Below are positions 9,019 to 20,440 of a DNA stretch of 64,000 nt, one piece after another; position 1 is the first letter of the stretch; each line of letters starts with the position of its first letter. The notes under the pieces were generated by a model. The model worked only from the letters and a program-made list of their open reading frames with translations. It did not search any database and was not told the origin of the DNA. The stretch is from Chrysemys picta bellii. Its lineage: Eukaryota. The position numbers and the translations under genes are program-made. The DNA is taken from positions 3,224,001-3,288,000 of the forward strand of contig NC_088812.1 in the NCBI RefSeq assembly GCF_011386835.1, given 5' to 3'.

Positions 9019-12000
9019 ATGGCTCTGAGACTCGTGGCGACCGGGCTGCTGAGATGCCGCAGATGCCGCGTGGCGGGGGTCGGCGCTATCCGGCCCCAGG
9101 GCACCATAGCGGCACAGAAGGGTGAGTAGGGGCGGGAGCAGCCTCTGGCAGCACCCCCGAGCCAGACCCCCTACATGCTGATATTTTTTAAAAGAGGTGT
9201 GGGGAGGCTGGAGCTATGGGGGAAGTATGTGCCCCCACCACCATGGACCCACTGGTGTCACAAGTCCCCCATCCATGGGGGATCTGAGTCTGTCACAGCC
9301 CCACCTCCCCATCCCTGGCTTTTTAGCTCGGCAGGGCTAAGAAGCTGGCACAGGTAATGGGGTGCCCAGAAGGGGCTGCCTCCAGCGTGGCACAGGGTAG
9401 AGATTTGATCCAGTGATTTCTGCTTTGCGTCCTCAGCGGAGCAGGGATAAAATAACACACCTGCCCGGCTTCTTGTCTGCTTTTCCAGAAAAAGAAACAA
9501 AGGCCCGAGAGAAGCCCGTGAAAGGTAACCGCCCGCCCCCCCAGCTCCTATTGGAAAGGACTTTTTTACCCTGGGACAGCCACCGAAACTGGAGAACAGG
9601 GTCCGAGCGCCTCTACGAATCCATCAGTAGCAGAAAGTGAAACAGCCAGAGGGCAGCGCTTGGGTTTTTTGACAGTGCCTGTAAATCAGGGGTTTAAAAG
9701 CATTGGTTTGAACTAGGAGTATTATTAATTTGATTCCAGTAAAGGCTGGGCAGGGATCGGCTTTAGTGAATGGCTTCCATCCCATGCCCAACTGCTGATG
9801 CCTCTCAATTCTGACCCGCCGCCCTGCTATTCCAGCCCTGGGCTCCCCCGCCCCATAGTCAATACCCGTCACGCTTTACTTTGGGGAATAATGTTCCCAT
9901 TTGTGATCTGCCTCCAGAGGGAGGGAAGTTGGGTTGAGAAGATGAGGTACCTGGCTTGTCATTTCCCCTCTCCCTGCGTGGGTAGGGGTAGGGGTAGGGG
10001 TTGGGGCTGAAGCTGTTAGGTGTGCATCCAGCTCTGACTGTCTTCCTCCAGCCCCGGGAGCCCAGTTTGACTGGCGAGATCCCCTGCAGCTGGAGAGGCA
10101 GCTAACCCAGGAGGAGCTCATGATCCGGGATTCCTTCCGCACCTACTGCCAGGAGAAGTTGATGCCACGAATTGTCATGGCCAACCGGAATGAAGGTGCC
10201 TGAAGCCAGCGCCGGGGATAGAACCCGTGACCGTTCCAAAAACCCGTGCCTCTGCCCCCGGAAGCTCTTTAGGGTTTAGATGCTGACGGCAACCGCTAGC
10301 ACCGGGAGCCGTCCGATTGCGTCCGGTCTGTGGCAGCGGTGCCCAGACCCGCCCGGCCCAGAGATCCACGTGCCATGGCACCGTGCCATGGCTGCATGCA
10401 AACCAGAGGTGCTTGGGGGTGATTTACAGATCCAGATGCCGCCCGTTGTTCTCCCAACTGTTCTGCTCTTTTAAATTCCGTGGCCCCAGGGGATCCGAGA
10501 TCAGAATCCGGCCCTGACCCCGTTGTAGACAGGGAGTGACTCCAGATTTACCCAGAGCTCACAGAGATCGGAACATGCCTGTATTTCTGTAGCCTCCTTC
10601 AGGGGCCAGTGGATGCCTGAATTAAATGCATTTGAGGGAGGGAACTGCAGATTAACCCCCCTGGTGGGGTTGCAGGGATGGGGAGAGCCAGGTGGGCTGC
10701 ACGGCTGGAGCTCCCAGTCCCGAGCTGCCGGCGGGAGGGCAGAGGACGGTGACTCTGCCTTTGGCACTCACAGACACACTTCTGTGTCTCCTCTTCCCAG
10801 TCTTTCACCGGGACATCGTGTCGGAGCTGGGGGAGCTGGGAGTCCTGGGCTCCACCATCAAAGGTGAGCTGGACCCAGGAGGAGGTCCCCTCCGGCCAGG
10901 GCTGGGCGGGTCACTGGCTGGGACCTGGAGTGGATCTCAGTTCGAGGACAGTGTGTGCCATGGAGGGAGAGGTTGGCACGCCACAGGGAGGGATCTCGCC
11001 AGCTGACACGGGGCAGAGGAATGGGGGACACACCCCTGCGAGCTCTCCTGAAGCAGGCTGGCTACCCCTAGGGACAGTCCCGAGAGCTGAGCTGACCTGT
11101 GCTCACCTGGGACTGTGCAGTGGCCACGTCCCCTCCTTGCCTTCATGTTCACCCCAGTCATGCCCCCTCCTGCCCAGGCCACACCCACCTCTGCCCCACC
11201 TGGGATGCCCCCTGTGGCTGAGGGGGGTACAATGCCTCCTGCCCTGTGAGGGGGAGGGGTTGCACCAGTCCCGAGGCCCTTTTGCACCAGCCTGCGTGGC
11301 AGGAAGGGACCACATGGCTGTGCTGAATTGGGCCCCCCAGTATCTGGGAGCCGATTCTCCAGCGGCGGCTGTGGCATCTCTAATCCTGTGGCTTTGTGCC
11401 CGGGCAATGCAGCCCCCATGGCTCCATTTGGGAGGCAGCAGGTGCCCATGGACTATCCCCAGCGCACACAGTGCCCCCTACTGGCGTGTCTCAGCCCGGA
11501 GAGTGGATGTCGGAGCTCAGCCTGCGTGGCCCCCGTCAGCCCTTGGCATACGGGGTAGCAGGTGCTGAGGGGAGCCGTTCCCCAGCTGACCCTCAGGCGG
11601 GGAGGGGGTTCCAGTCTTGACTGACCCAGGGCGGGGTTCGGACCAGTGCTGCTGCTGTGTGTCCTGTCCACGTTCTGCGCCCATCTCAGGTTACGGCTGT
11701 GCCGGAACCACCTACGTGGCCTACGGGCTGCTGGCTCGGGAGATCGAGCGAGTGGACAGCAGCTACCGTTCGGTCCTGAGCGTCCAGTCGTCCCTGGTGA
11801 TGCACCCCATCAACGCCTACGGGACGGAGCAGCAGAAGCAGAAATACCTGCCCCGTCTGGGTGAGTGAAAGGCGCAGGTGGGGGCTCTCACTGGCTAGGA
11901 GAGGAAGCGTGGATCCACCTGGGAGGCTGTTGGCTCCAGTGCTGGTAGACATCCCCCGTAGCTGGTCCCCTACTGTCTGGCCAGCTGGCAGAGCAGAGAG

Positions 12001-15000
12001 GATGCTGGGATGGTTCTTTCCTACAATGCTCTCTGCTGGGGTAACGTGGAAGGAGCGGGGGTTGGCGGGAGGGGGAAGGACTTGCCCCCTTCCCCCCCAT
12101 GGAGGCGGGCTGCTGGGACAGGGGTGGGCACCCAGGAGGCTGGGCCCTCAGCGCACAGGGTGGGGAAGGTCTGCTGGGGTGGGCACACAGGGAGTGGGGT
12201 GACAGGGGAGTGGGGGGCACTGGGGGTGAAGGAGCCATGAGGAGAATGTCGGGGGAGGGAGGATGCGGAAGTTGGGGGCAGGGTAGGTGTTGGGGACGGG
12301 GGATGTGAGAGCCATAGGGGGAGGGGTGGCAACTGCGGGATTGGGTATCGCCTCGGGGGTGGGAACCATGGGGATGGTGTTGGGGGCAGAATGTGGGAAC
12401 TGGGGGAAGGAGAGAGGGCTTCAGTGGGGTGGTCAGTGCGAGACCCAGGGGGAGGGTGTTGGGGTGAGTAGGGGCTTGGGAACTGGGGGGAACCTAGGAG
12501 AAAAGTGGTTGGGGGCAGTGTCTGGTGGTTGAGGGGCAGTGCAGGAGCTGGGGCAGGTCGTTCGGGGCTGGGATGAGAGGCGGGGTGGGAATTGATGGGG
12601 TGGGGGAGGTGGTGCAGGAACCTGGTGGGAGGGAGGCAAGACAGGTGGGAATTGGTGGAGGGAGGGGTTGGTGCAGGGCCTGGGACGGGATGCAGATGGG
12701 AATTGGTGGAGGGTGCAGGACCTGGGGTGGGGGAGTGAGAATTGGAGGGGGGGTACAGGACCTGGGTGGGGAGTAGGAGTGGAGTGGTGGTGGGAATTGA
12801 GGGGGGGTGCAGGACCTGGGGTGGGAATTGAGGGGAGGGGTGCAGGACTGGGGGGGTGCAGGACCTGGGCTTAGGGTCGGGGCAGAGGGGCCGCGGCTCC
12901 AGCCCAAGCCCACTGGCTTCGCTGTCCTCAGCCACAGGGGAGCTGCTGGGCTGCTTCGGGCTGACGGAGCCCAACCACGGCAGCGACCCCGGGGGCATGG
13001 AGACCAGGGCTCGCTACCACCCGGCCAGCAAGACCTACACGCTCAACGGCTCCAAGACCTGGTGAGACAGAGCCAGGCCCCGGCAGCCCGGCTGTGAGCC
13101 CTGCCCATGGCTCTCAGCAGCCACCCACACTCCAGGCCCTTGGTCTCACTGCCACCCTGCCCTGAGCTGAGCAAGCCCCGCCCCAACTGCTGCACCCCGA
13201 TAATCTCAGCCCTGCCCTCTTGCTCCCCTGGCTAAGCCAATCCTGGGCCTCTCCAGGGAGAGGGGCTGGGAGCTAGGACTCCTGGGTTCTATCCCCAGCT
13301 CTGGGGGAGAGGTGGAGTCCAGTGGTTGGAGCGGGGTGGGGTGGGGCTGGGAGCTAGGACTCCTGGGTTCTATCCCCAGCTCTGGGAGAGAGGTGGGGTC
13401 CAGTGGTTGGAGCGGGGTGGGGTGGGGCTGGGAGCTAGGACTCCTGGGTTCCATCCCTGGCTCTGCTACTGAGTTTCTGGGGTGTTTCACATCTCCCCTC
13501 CGTGGCTCGTTTTCCCTGTTTGGATGGTACCGTCCTGCTTCCTTTGTGGGGGGGAGCTCTGGGAGTCTCCGAGATGAGCTGGGTCTCACGTCTCCTCCCA
13601 GGATCACCAACTCCCCCCTGGCGGATCTCTGCGTGGTGTGGGCCGTGTGCGAGGATGGGAGGATCCGGGGCTTCCTCCTGGAGAGGGGGATGAAGGGCCT
13701 GTCGACGCCCAAGATCGAGGGCAAGTTCTCCCTGCGGGCCTCCACCACCGGCATGATCCTGATGGAGGACGTGGAGGTGCCGGAGGAGAACCTGCTGCCG
13801 CATGTCTCTGGGCTCGCGGTAAGTCTAACCTCCTCTCCCCCCAGCTGATTCTTCAGTTCCCCATGATCTCACGGCCTAAGCAGGGTTGGCTGGGGACACT
13901 GCTTGGAGGAGAGACTCCAGCTGCTGTGGGGAGGGGGGCCAGCAGGGGGTGCTTTCCCCATCGAGCCAATGCTGACTTCAGTGCGGTGCTAGGGGGCACT
14001 ATGCTGCAAGGGAATGGCCTTTAAACGGGTGTTAATCCAGGTGTCATGGCCTGACCCTCACCTTGGCAGTTGCCTTCAGCTTCCCAAACCATAGGAAGCA
14101 ATCGACTGCTGGATTCTTCTTCGCGTCCTGTCTTGGGCATGGTTGCTGTGTGGTTGATGAAAACAGCTGCTGTGCCCTGCCCCCACCCCAGAAGCAGCTG
14201 CATTTCAGCACAGGGCCAAGTGACCCTTGGATAAGTAGCTGCAGTTGTCTCTGGGGTAGAGAACAACATTTCAGCAGGGGGTGAGTGATCGCAGGTATAA
14301 AACAGCCCCCACTGTCAAGGGAGCTTCCGTTGGAGAGATCAGCCGTTCCTGTGGCTTTAACAGGTCAGTTTTGATGGATGTCAATGGGCTTGTGCTTAGA
14401 AATGTGGTCCCCAAATCCTTCTGGGCAGAGACAGACAATGCCGCGGAAGCTAGTATCCTATTGCCCTGTTAACGCAGGGGACTGGCAGGAGCAGAGGTCA
14501 TGTGCTCCTCCTTGGCAGCGTTGCCTGGAGGTTAATGATCAAGGCTCTTTCTCGTGTCCTGCCAGGGTCCGTTTGGCTGTCTGAACAACGCCAGGTACGG
14601 CATTGCCTGGGGAGCACTCGGAGCTGCTGAATTCTGCTTTGAGACAGCCAGGCAGTATGCCTTGGACAGGTAATGGCTGTGTGGGGGAGGAGGAGAACTC
14701 TTTGTCCCTGGGGTGGGTGGAAGCTCCATGTAGGTTTGGGGGATCCTGCCTGCCTCTTTTAAAGGCACTGATTAATTTAGACCTCACTGCATTCATGGGA
14801 GAGTCCTTGCCAGGAGGGGAAACTGAGCGAGAGAGATTAAGTGACTTGACCAAGGTTGCACAGTGGATCAGTAGCAGAGCTGGGAATGGGACCCAGGAGT
14901 CCTGACTCCCAGCCCCCTTCCCGAACCCACTGGGGTGAATGCCAGCGGTCAGCTGTGGGAGAGCACAGTGGAGTCCAGCAGTGAAGGGCTTTCATGGGGC

Positions 15001-17644
15001 TCACTAGCTCTTTCCTGTCCAGTTGTGCCACCAGCCGATTACGTGCAGTATATATGAAGCGTTCTAGCTCTCGGAAGAACTTTCCGCCGTAGAGCGTCCG
15101 ATGGAACTCTGCTTCGCTGGGCAGAGATCAAGGCAGATGAGAAGCAAGGACAGTGTAGTGCATAAGGCACTGAACTGTGACTTGGGCAGAATCAGGGACA
15201 GAACCCAGGTGTCCCACATCCCTTCCCCTCTCCGGGCCCTGGTTTCCCCTCCCACCATGGGAGCTTGTCAGGACAGAGCCCCTCTCTCGCTCTGTCTAGG
15301 CAGTGCCCAGCACAATGGGGATTTTGGATGGGGCTTTCAGGCACTACCTAATAGACCTAGTACAATGCTCCGTTCCAATTGAAGGCAGTCACCAGAGGTG
15401 GATCTGCCCCAGGAGTTTTAAGTGACTTTTGCTCCTTGGTTTCCTAACTAAGTTGTCCTCCCCTAGGATCCAGTTTGGGGTGCCGCTGGCTAGGAACCAG
15501 CTGATTCAGAAGAAGCTGGCTGATATGCTCACCGAGATCACCATTGGCTTACAAGCTTGCCTGCAGCTGGGGAGGCTAAAGGATGAAGACAAGTATGTAC
15601 CTGCCTTTCTAAACCAAAAAGTTATTCTGGGGGTTAGACTGCAAAGCTAGAAGGGGGTTGGCTGACTCAGGGGTGGAGAATGGGATCCAGGGTCTTACCC
15701 TTCCAGGGTACACTGGCTTTGATCCAGCCCCAGGCTCGGGGGGACTGTGGCAGAAGGTGTTGTGGAATGACATAGAATCATAAAACTGGAAGGGACCTCG
15801 AGAGGTCATCTAGTCCAGTCCCCTGCACTCAAGGCAGGACTAAGTATTATCCAGACCATCCCTGACAGGTGTTTGTCCAACCTGCTCTTAAAAATCCCCA
15901 ATGATGGAGATTCCACAACCTCCCTAGGCATTTTATTCCAGTGCTTAACCACCCTGACAGGAAGTTTTTCCTAATGTCCAACCTAAACCGCCCTTGCTGC
16001 AATTTAACCCATTGCTTCTTGTCCTATCCTCGGAGATTAAGAAGAACAATTTTTCTCCCTCCTGTTCGTAACAACCGTTTATGTACTTGAAAACTGTGAT
16101 GTCCCCTCTGTCTTCTCTTCTCCAGACTAAACAAACCCAATTGTTTCAATCTTCCCTCATAGCTCATGTTTTCTAGAACTTTAACCATTTTTTGTTGCTC
16201 TTCTCTGGACTTTTTCTCCAATTTGTCCACATCTTTCCTGAAATGTGGTGCCCAGAACTGGATGCAATACTCCAGTTGAGGCCTAATCAGTGCGGAGTAG
16301 AGTGGAAGAATTACTTCTTGTGTCTTGCTTACAATACTCCTGCTAATACATCCCAGAACGATGTTTGCTTTTTTTTTTCCTGCAAGAGCATTACACTGTT
16401 GACTCATATTTAGCTTGTGATCCACTATGATCCCCAGCTCCCTTTCCGCAGTACTCCTTCCTAGGCATCATTTCCCATTTTGTAGGTGTGACATACAGGG
16501 CCTTTTCCTTCTAAGAGGCAATGGCTCCAATCCAGCCCCCAGTTCGGGGACTGCCTGGCTCATGCAGGTGGGGAAAGGGGCCCTATTCCCCTCTAGGAGC
16601 GTTGGTTCTGATCCAGCCCACATGGTTAGAGAAAAACAGGCCGTTCCCCTTTGGCCAAGCTGCTAGGTCTCCCCAGTGTGAACCGAGGCTGCTGGGTCTC
16701 AGCCTAGTGCCAACGTGACACAAACTCTGGTTCCGCCGGGGAGATTGTCCTTCCACCCCAGTGCCCTTGATCGCTCCTGTCGCTGTAGGGCCGCCCCCGA
16801 GATGATCTCCATGCTGAAGCGGAACTCTTGTGGCAAAGCACTGGATATTGCCCGCCAGGCCCGGGACATGCTGGGGGGCAACGGCATTGCCGACGAATAC
16901 CATGTCATCCGGCATGTCATGAACCTGGAGGCCGTGAATACCTATGAAGGTAAATCTCCCCATACACCTTTGTATCAAATGCCATGAAAGTTCCTGGGAT
17001 TTCCCAGCTCCTTCGGGACCATGGAGGTAAGGGATACAAAGCAGGATGCTAGGGGGTGCTGTGCTTCAGGGAGCAGGGCAGGCCTCAGTAGGAGGCATTC
17101 TCCCCTCCAATCCAATGTCCCTGTGTCACGTTGGGGCTTACAGCTCCAACTGGATATGATGTTCTTCACTTCCTGCCCTGCTTTCTTGTTTGCCATTGCT
17201 GTACGCTGCTGAAACAGCTGCCATGTTCCACCCTAGAGGTGGCTGCATTTTAGTGATTTGCTTTGCTCATCGCTAATGCAGCCTTTCTTCACCTTCCGGG
17301 GGAAGCAACCCCTGCCACTGTTGGATGGATAATCTTGGATCATGCCCATCCTCTAGCATCTGATGATTTACGCCTGGTCTATACACAGGTTTTACCCCCA
17401 GATAATGGTGTTTGTCGCGGGGGGAGGGGTGACTTTCATTTACCAGTATAGTTATATGAGTACAACCACTAGTGTGGACATGACAGAAGGGGAATAAAGG
17501 TGCCTTATACTGATATGGCATATTCCCCTTCCCAGTGAGATCTTTGTTCCCATTTCTCTTTGCTTCACAGGCACGCATGATATCCACGCTCTCATCCTTG
17601 GCAGAGCAATCACCGGACTTCAGTCTTTCACCGTCGGCAAATAA
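9019..17644 (+). CDS. GCDH: Glutaryl-CoA dehydrogenase, mitochondrial (442 aa, 11 coding exons)
   Basis: Exons 9019-9121, 9489-9524, 10052-10195, 10801-10863, 11690-11860, 12932-13061, 13602-13818, 14566-14669, 15467-15592, 16789-16949, 17571-17644. All GT-AG and in phase (1329 nt). Motifs [37 protein letters not shown]-type [13 protein letters not shown] and catalytic NTYEGTHDIH. Arg-rich presequence. Confidence 0.98.
13255..13470 (+). repeat. Tandem tRNA-like SINE-head units in GCDH intron
   Basis: Three ggagctaggactcctgggttctatccccagctctggg units. Confidence 0.8.
14760..14915 (-). mobile_element. MIR-like CORE-SINE fragment
   Basis: ggggaaactgagc...aagtgacttgaccaaggttgcacag...gaatgggacccaggagtcctgactccc is the reverse complement of a typical MIR head/core. 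Confidence 0.65.
15771..16486 (-). mobile_element. CR1 LINE 3' fragment (5'-truncated)
   Basis: Reverse-strand tail tgattctatg at 15771. ORF 16024-16425 (-) encodes the CR1 ORF2 C-terminus MSQQC...[15 protein letters not shown]...[25 protein letters not shown]. Confidence 0.92.
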
Positions 17645-18598
17645 ATCCAGTATGGAGGAGGCCTAAATCACCTTCGCAACAGCCTTAAATTCACTACGGC
17701 GGAAGAATGATCGTTTTGTATAAAAAGATTTTTCGTTCTCCAGATAAAAAAGTCACAAGCCAGAGGCTGCTGGTGTGATACAGAATCTGAATGTAGCTCT
17801 TCAGGCTGACTCCTTGATTCTTTCTTACTTTACAATACGATTCGCTCCCAAATCAGCTAGTTGGTTTTCAAGCTGCAGAATCTGGGAGAAGGTCTTCTTC
17901 CGCTCTGTTTGCAGTAAAGGGTCAAGGAGACAGGCCCGGTAATGGACCGTCTTTGCCAGCATTGCATTTGTATTTTGGGGATATGGGAGAGGGTGAAATT
18001 AGCGAAACTTCTGTGAAGTGGATTGTCATGTAACAAAAGTCAGTGGATTTGTGGTGATGGATTGGCTGCTCGATGCATGGAGCTGGCTTGCTTGCTTTCT
18101 CCTTGAGTGTAAATTCAGGACCAGTGTGGGAAAGGCTGCCTGTATCAACAGGGTGGAAATGCAGTCTCACTCATCAGTGGTTCATCTCTCCTTCCACTGG
18201 ATGTCCAAGTTCAGCTAACTTGCTTCTCAGAATTATCTGAATGGCTGCACTATTGCATGCTGGGAGAACTCTCTTCTCTTTACAAAGCTGTGCTGAAGCC
18301 ATAAAAACCTGAATCTTCATGCACAGCCAGGTCATGGGACATGTCCAACGGGCATCTGCACAATGTAGCTACTGAGCTAAACGTTATCCAAGTTGAAGCA
18401 ATGCTGTCCACTGCACAGGGCTGGAGCTCAGAACACGGTTAAATTCCTGGCTCTGCCACGGACCCACTGCAGGCAACTCTCTGGGCCTCAGTTTCCCCAG
18501 CTGTAAGACACATTTAGCATTCCTGTTACCAAATTTCTCTTTCACAGTAGCCCACAGTTGAACCCAGCTGATCTCGTATCCCTTCTGTTACTTACATG

Positions 18599-18604
18599 AA
18601 TAAA
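18599..18604 (+). terminator. GCDH: Candidate GCDH polyadenylation signal
   Basis: AATAAA about 950 nt after the stop codon, followed by U/GU-rich sequence (tctttttctgtttgt). Confidence 0.45.
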
Positions 18605-19977
18605 TTTTAAAATCTACGGTATCTTGCTTTTTCTGTTTGTAGTGGTTAGTTGTTTATGTACCCTACAGCCCGCTGCTGAACTGTGTAAAGTGGGCCATAG
18701 ACTGTTAACATTCGGTGGCTGGTTTCCCTGGCCATTGCAAAACAGAAGAAAATGATCAGCAAACGGCTGCGTTCAAATTTCACATCCCTTCACTCAAAGG
18801 TAACTGTCTTGACTCGGGAAGAGTGTTGTGACCTCTCAGATTGTAGGTCTTGGGAGTGAGCGGTGAAGTCTGAGCAGGTGCAGAGTGGCTGAGCACAGAC
18901 CAAGATGTTCAGTAACTCACCATAATGCTCCCACAGTCATCAGAACAGAAGGATTGGAAATGTGTCCCTCAGGTTGTGTATATGAGATGTAGTCATGGGA
19001 GGTCTGGGTGCCCAACTTGACTCCCGTCGGGGAACATTTTTCCAGACACCAGGGCCAGATTGTTCAAGTGCTTGTACCCCACAATCGGAGCCAGATTTTT
19101 GAGAGATGTCAACGCCTGATGCCCTGAGCTCTTCTAGTGTTCTGGGCCCGATGGTGGATGCTGAATTCTCTTGAAACTTCTGGCCCTCGGGCCTGACTGT
19201 TTTACCGAGGTGTTAGGCTCAAGTGCTCAGGTATGACAGTGATGGGGTGGTATAAGAACCTACGCAGAATAGCTGCCCTAGCTCTAGTGATGTGCTGGTG
19301 GTTGAGTTTTCAGTGCACGCTCCAGCCCTGCACTAGAACCAGTCTGTTCAATACCAGAATTGTACTGTAGTCTATCTGCCAGCTGTGTCCAGCTTGCTGA
19401 ACGGCTGGAGCCAAACTCAATCCTAACCGAGGCAGGTGGTTGAGCTCTTGATCCCTGGCAAATAGGTTACAAGAAAGCAAAGGTTCATACAGGCAACTGC
19501 CATGGCCTATGACTACATGTAGCTCCAGATTTTTTTTCGAAGTGCTCAACACCCAACTCTTGACAATCTGGCCTGTACTGTTCATTATATGAAATAGAAA
19601 TTGGACCAAGAGTCGGAGATGTGCCTGTATTAAGGGGATTAGACAGCTGAGCCATCCTTGCTCGAAAACTCTTTAACAGCCAGGGGGGTATCTCTGGATT
19701 GATCCACCTGCAACGACCCTTCACCACCACACCATTTCAGGTCCCATGACTGTGGCAAAAAGTCCCAGCTCACCTACATGTGCTAAGACAATTGGGGCTG
19801 CCCCAGGAGTTATAAAATAGCTGTGTCCAGCATTGGGAAACTGGAACAATATATAAACCGAACTTGCAAGTTTTCTGATATGCTAGCTGTGACTCACGGG
19901 GGAAAGTGGCTTCTCAGGACAGAAAGTGCTGTGCTACTACCCATCCCTTCCCCTCCTCCTCTTCCCCCCCCCCCCCA

Positions 19978-20191
19978 TGTCTACACTACCCTCCGGATCG
20001 GCGGGTAGCGATCGATCCAGCAGGGGTCGATTTATCGCGTCTAGTCTAGACGTGATAAATCGATCCCCGAGCGCTCTCCTGTCGACTCCTGTACTCCACC
20101 TCCGGGAGAAGTTGACCGGGGAGCAGCAGCAGTCGATTCACCACGGTGAAGACACCAGGGTAAGTTGATCTAAGTAAATGTAGTGTAGACC
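19978..20191. mobile_element. Harbinger-type non-autonomous MITE
   Basis: Inverted ends atgtctacacta / tagtgtagacca with an internal palindrome. Related ends recur at ~35299-35523 and ~37079-37343. Confidence 0.65.
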
Positions 20192-20440
20192 AGGGTGCTT
20201 GTAGGTCTGATGGGTAGCAGAACAGGTTCTGTTTTCAGCCCCTGCGTAAGTGGTCTTTTTGTTCTCTCCTTTTGAGAATAATAAGGGTTTATCAGGAACA
20301 GCAGCTGAAACTCTGTTCTCCTGTAAAGAAACTGAGGGACAGAATCTTATATTTTTGCTTTAAATCCCATTGTGTTTTTCATATCAGCACAGATAGCGGT
20401 TGGAAATAACGAACAGGCAAGTCACTGAAGGAGACGTTTA

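Noticed and set aside
12021-12998. 325-aa minus-strand ORF
   Set aside because: Translation of a C-rich low-complexity GCDH intron plus the antisense of an exon.
19630-19710. Possible SYCE2 terminal exon VDQSRDTPLAVKEFSSKDGSAV*
   Set aside because: Weak pyrimidine tract and no similarity to the known SYCE2 tail; unsupported.
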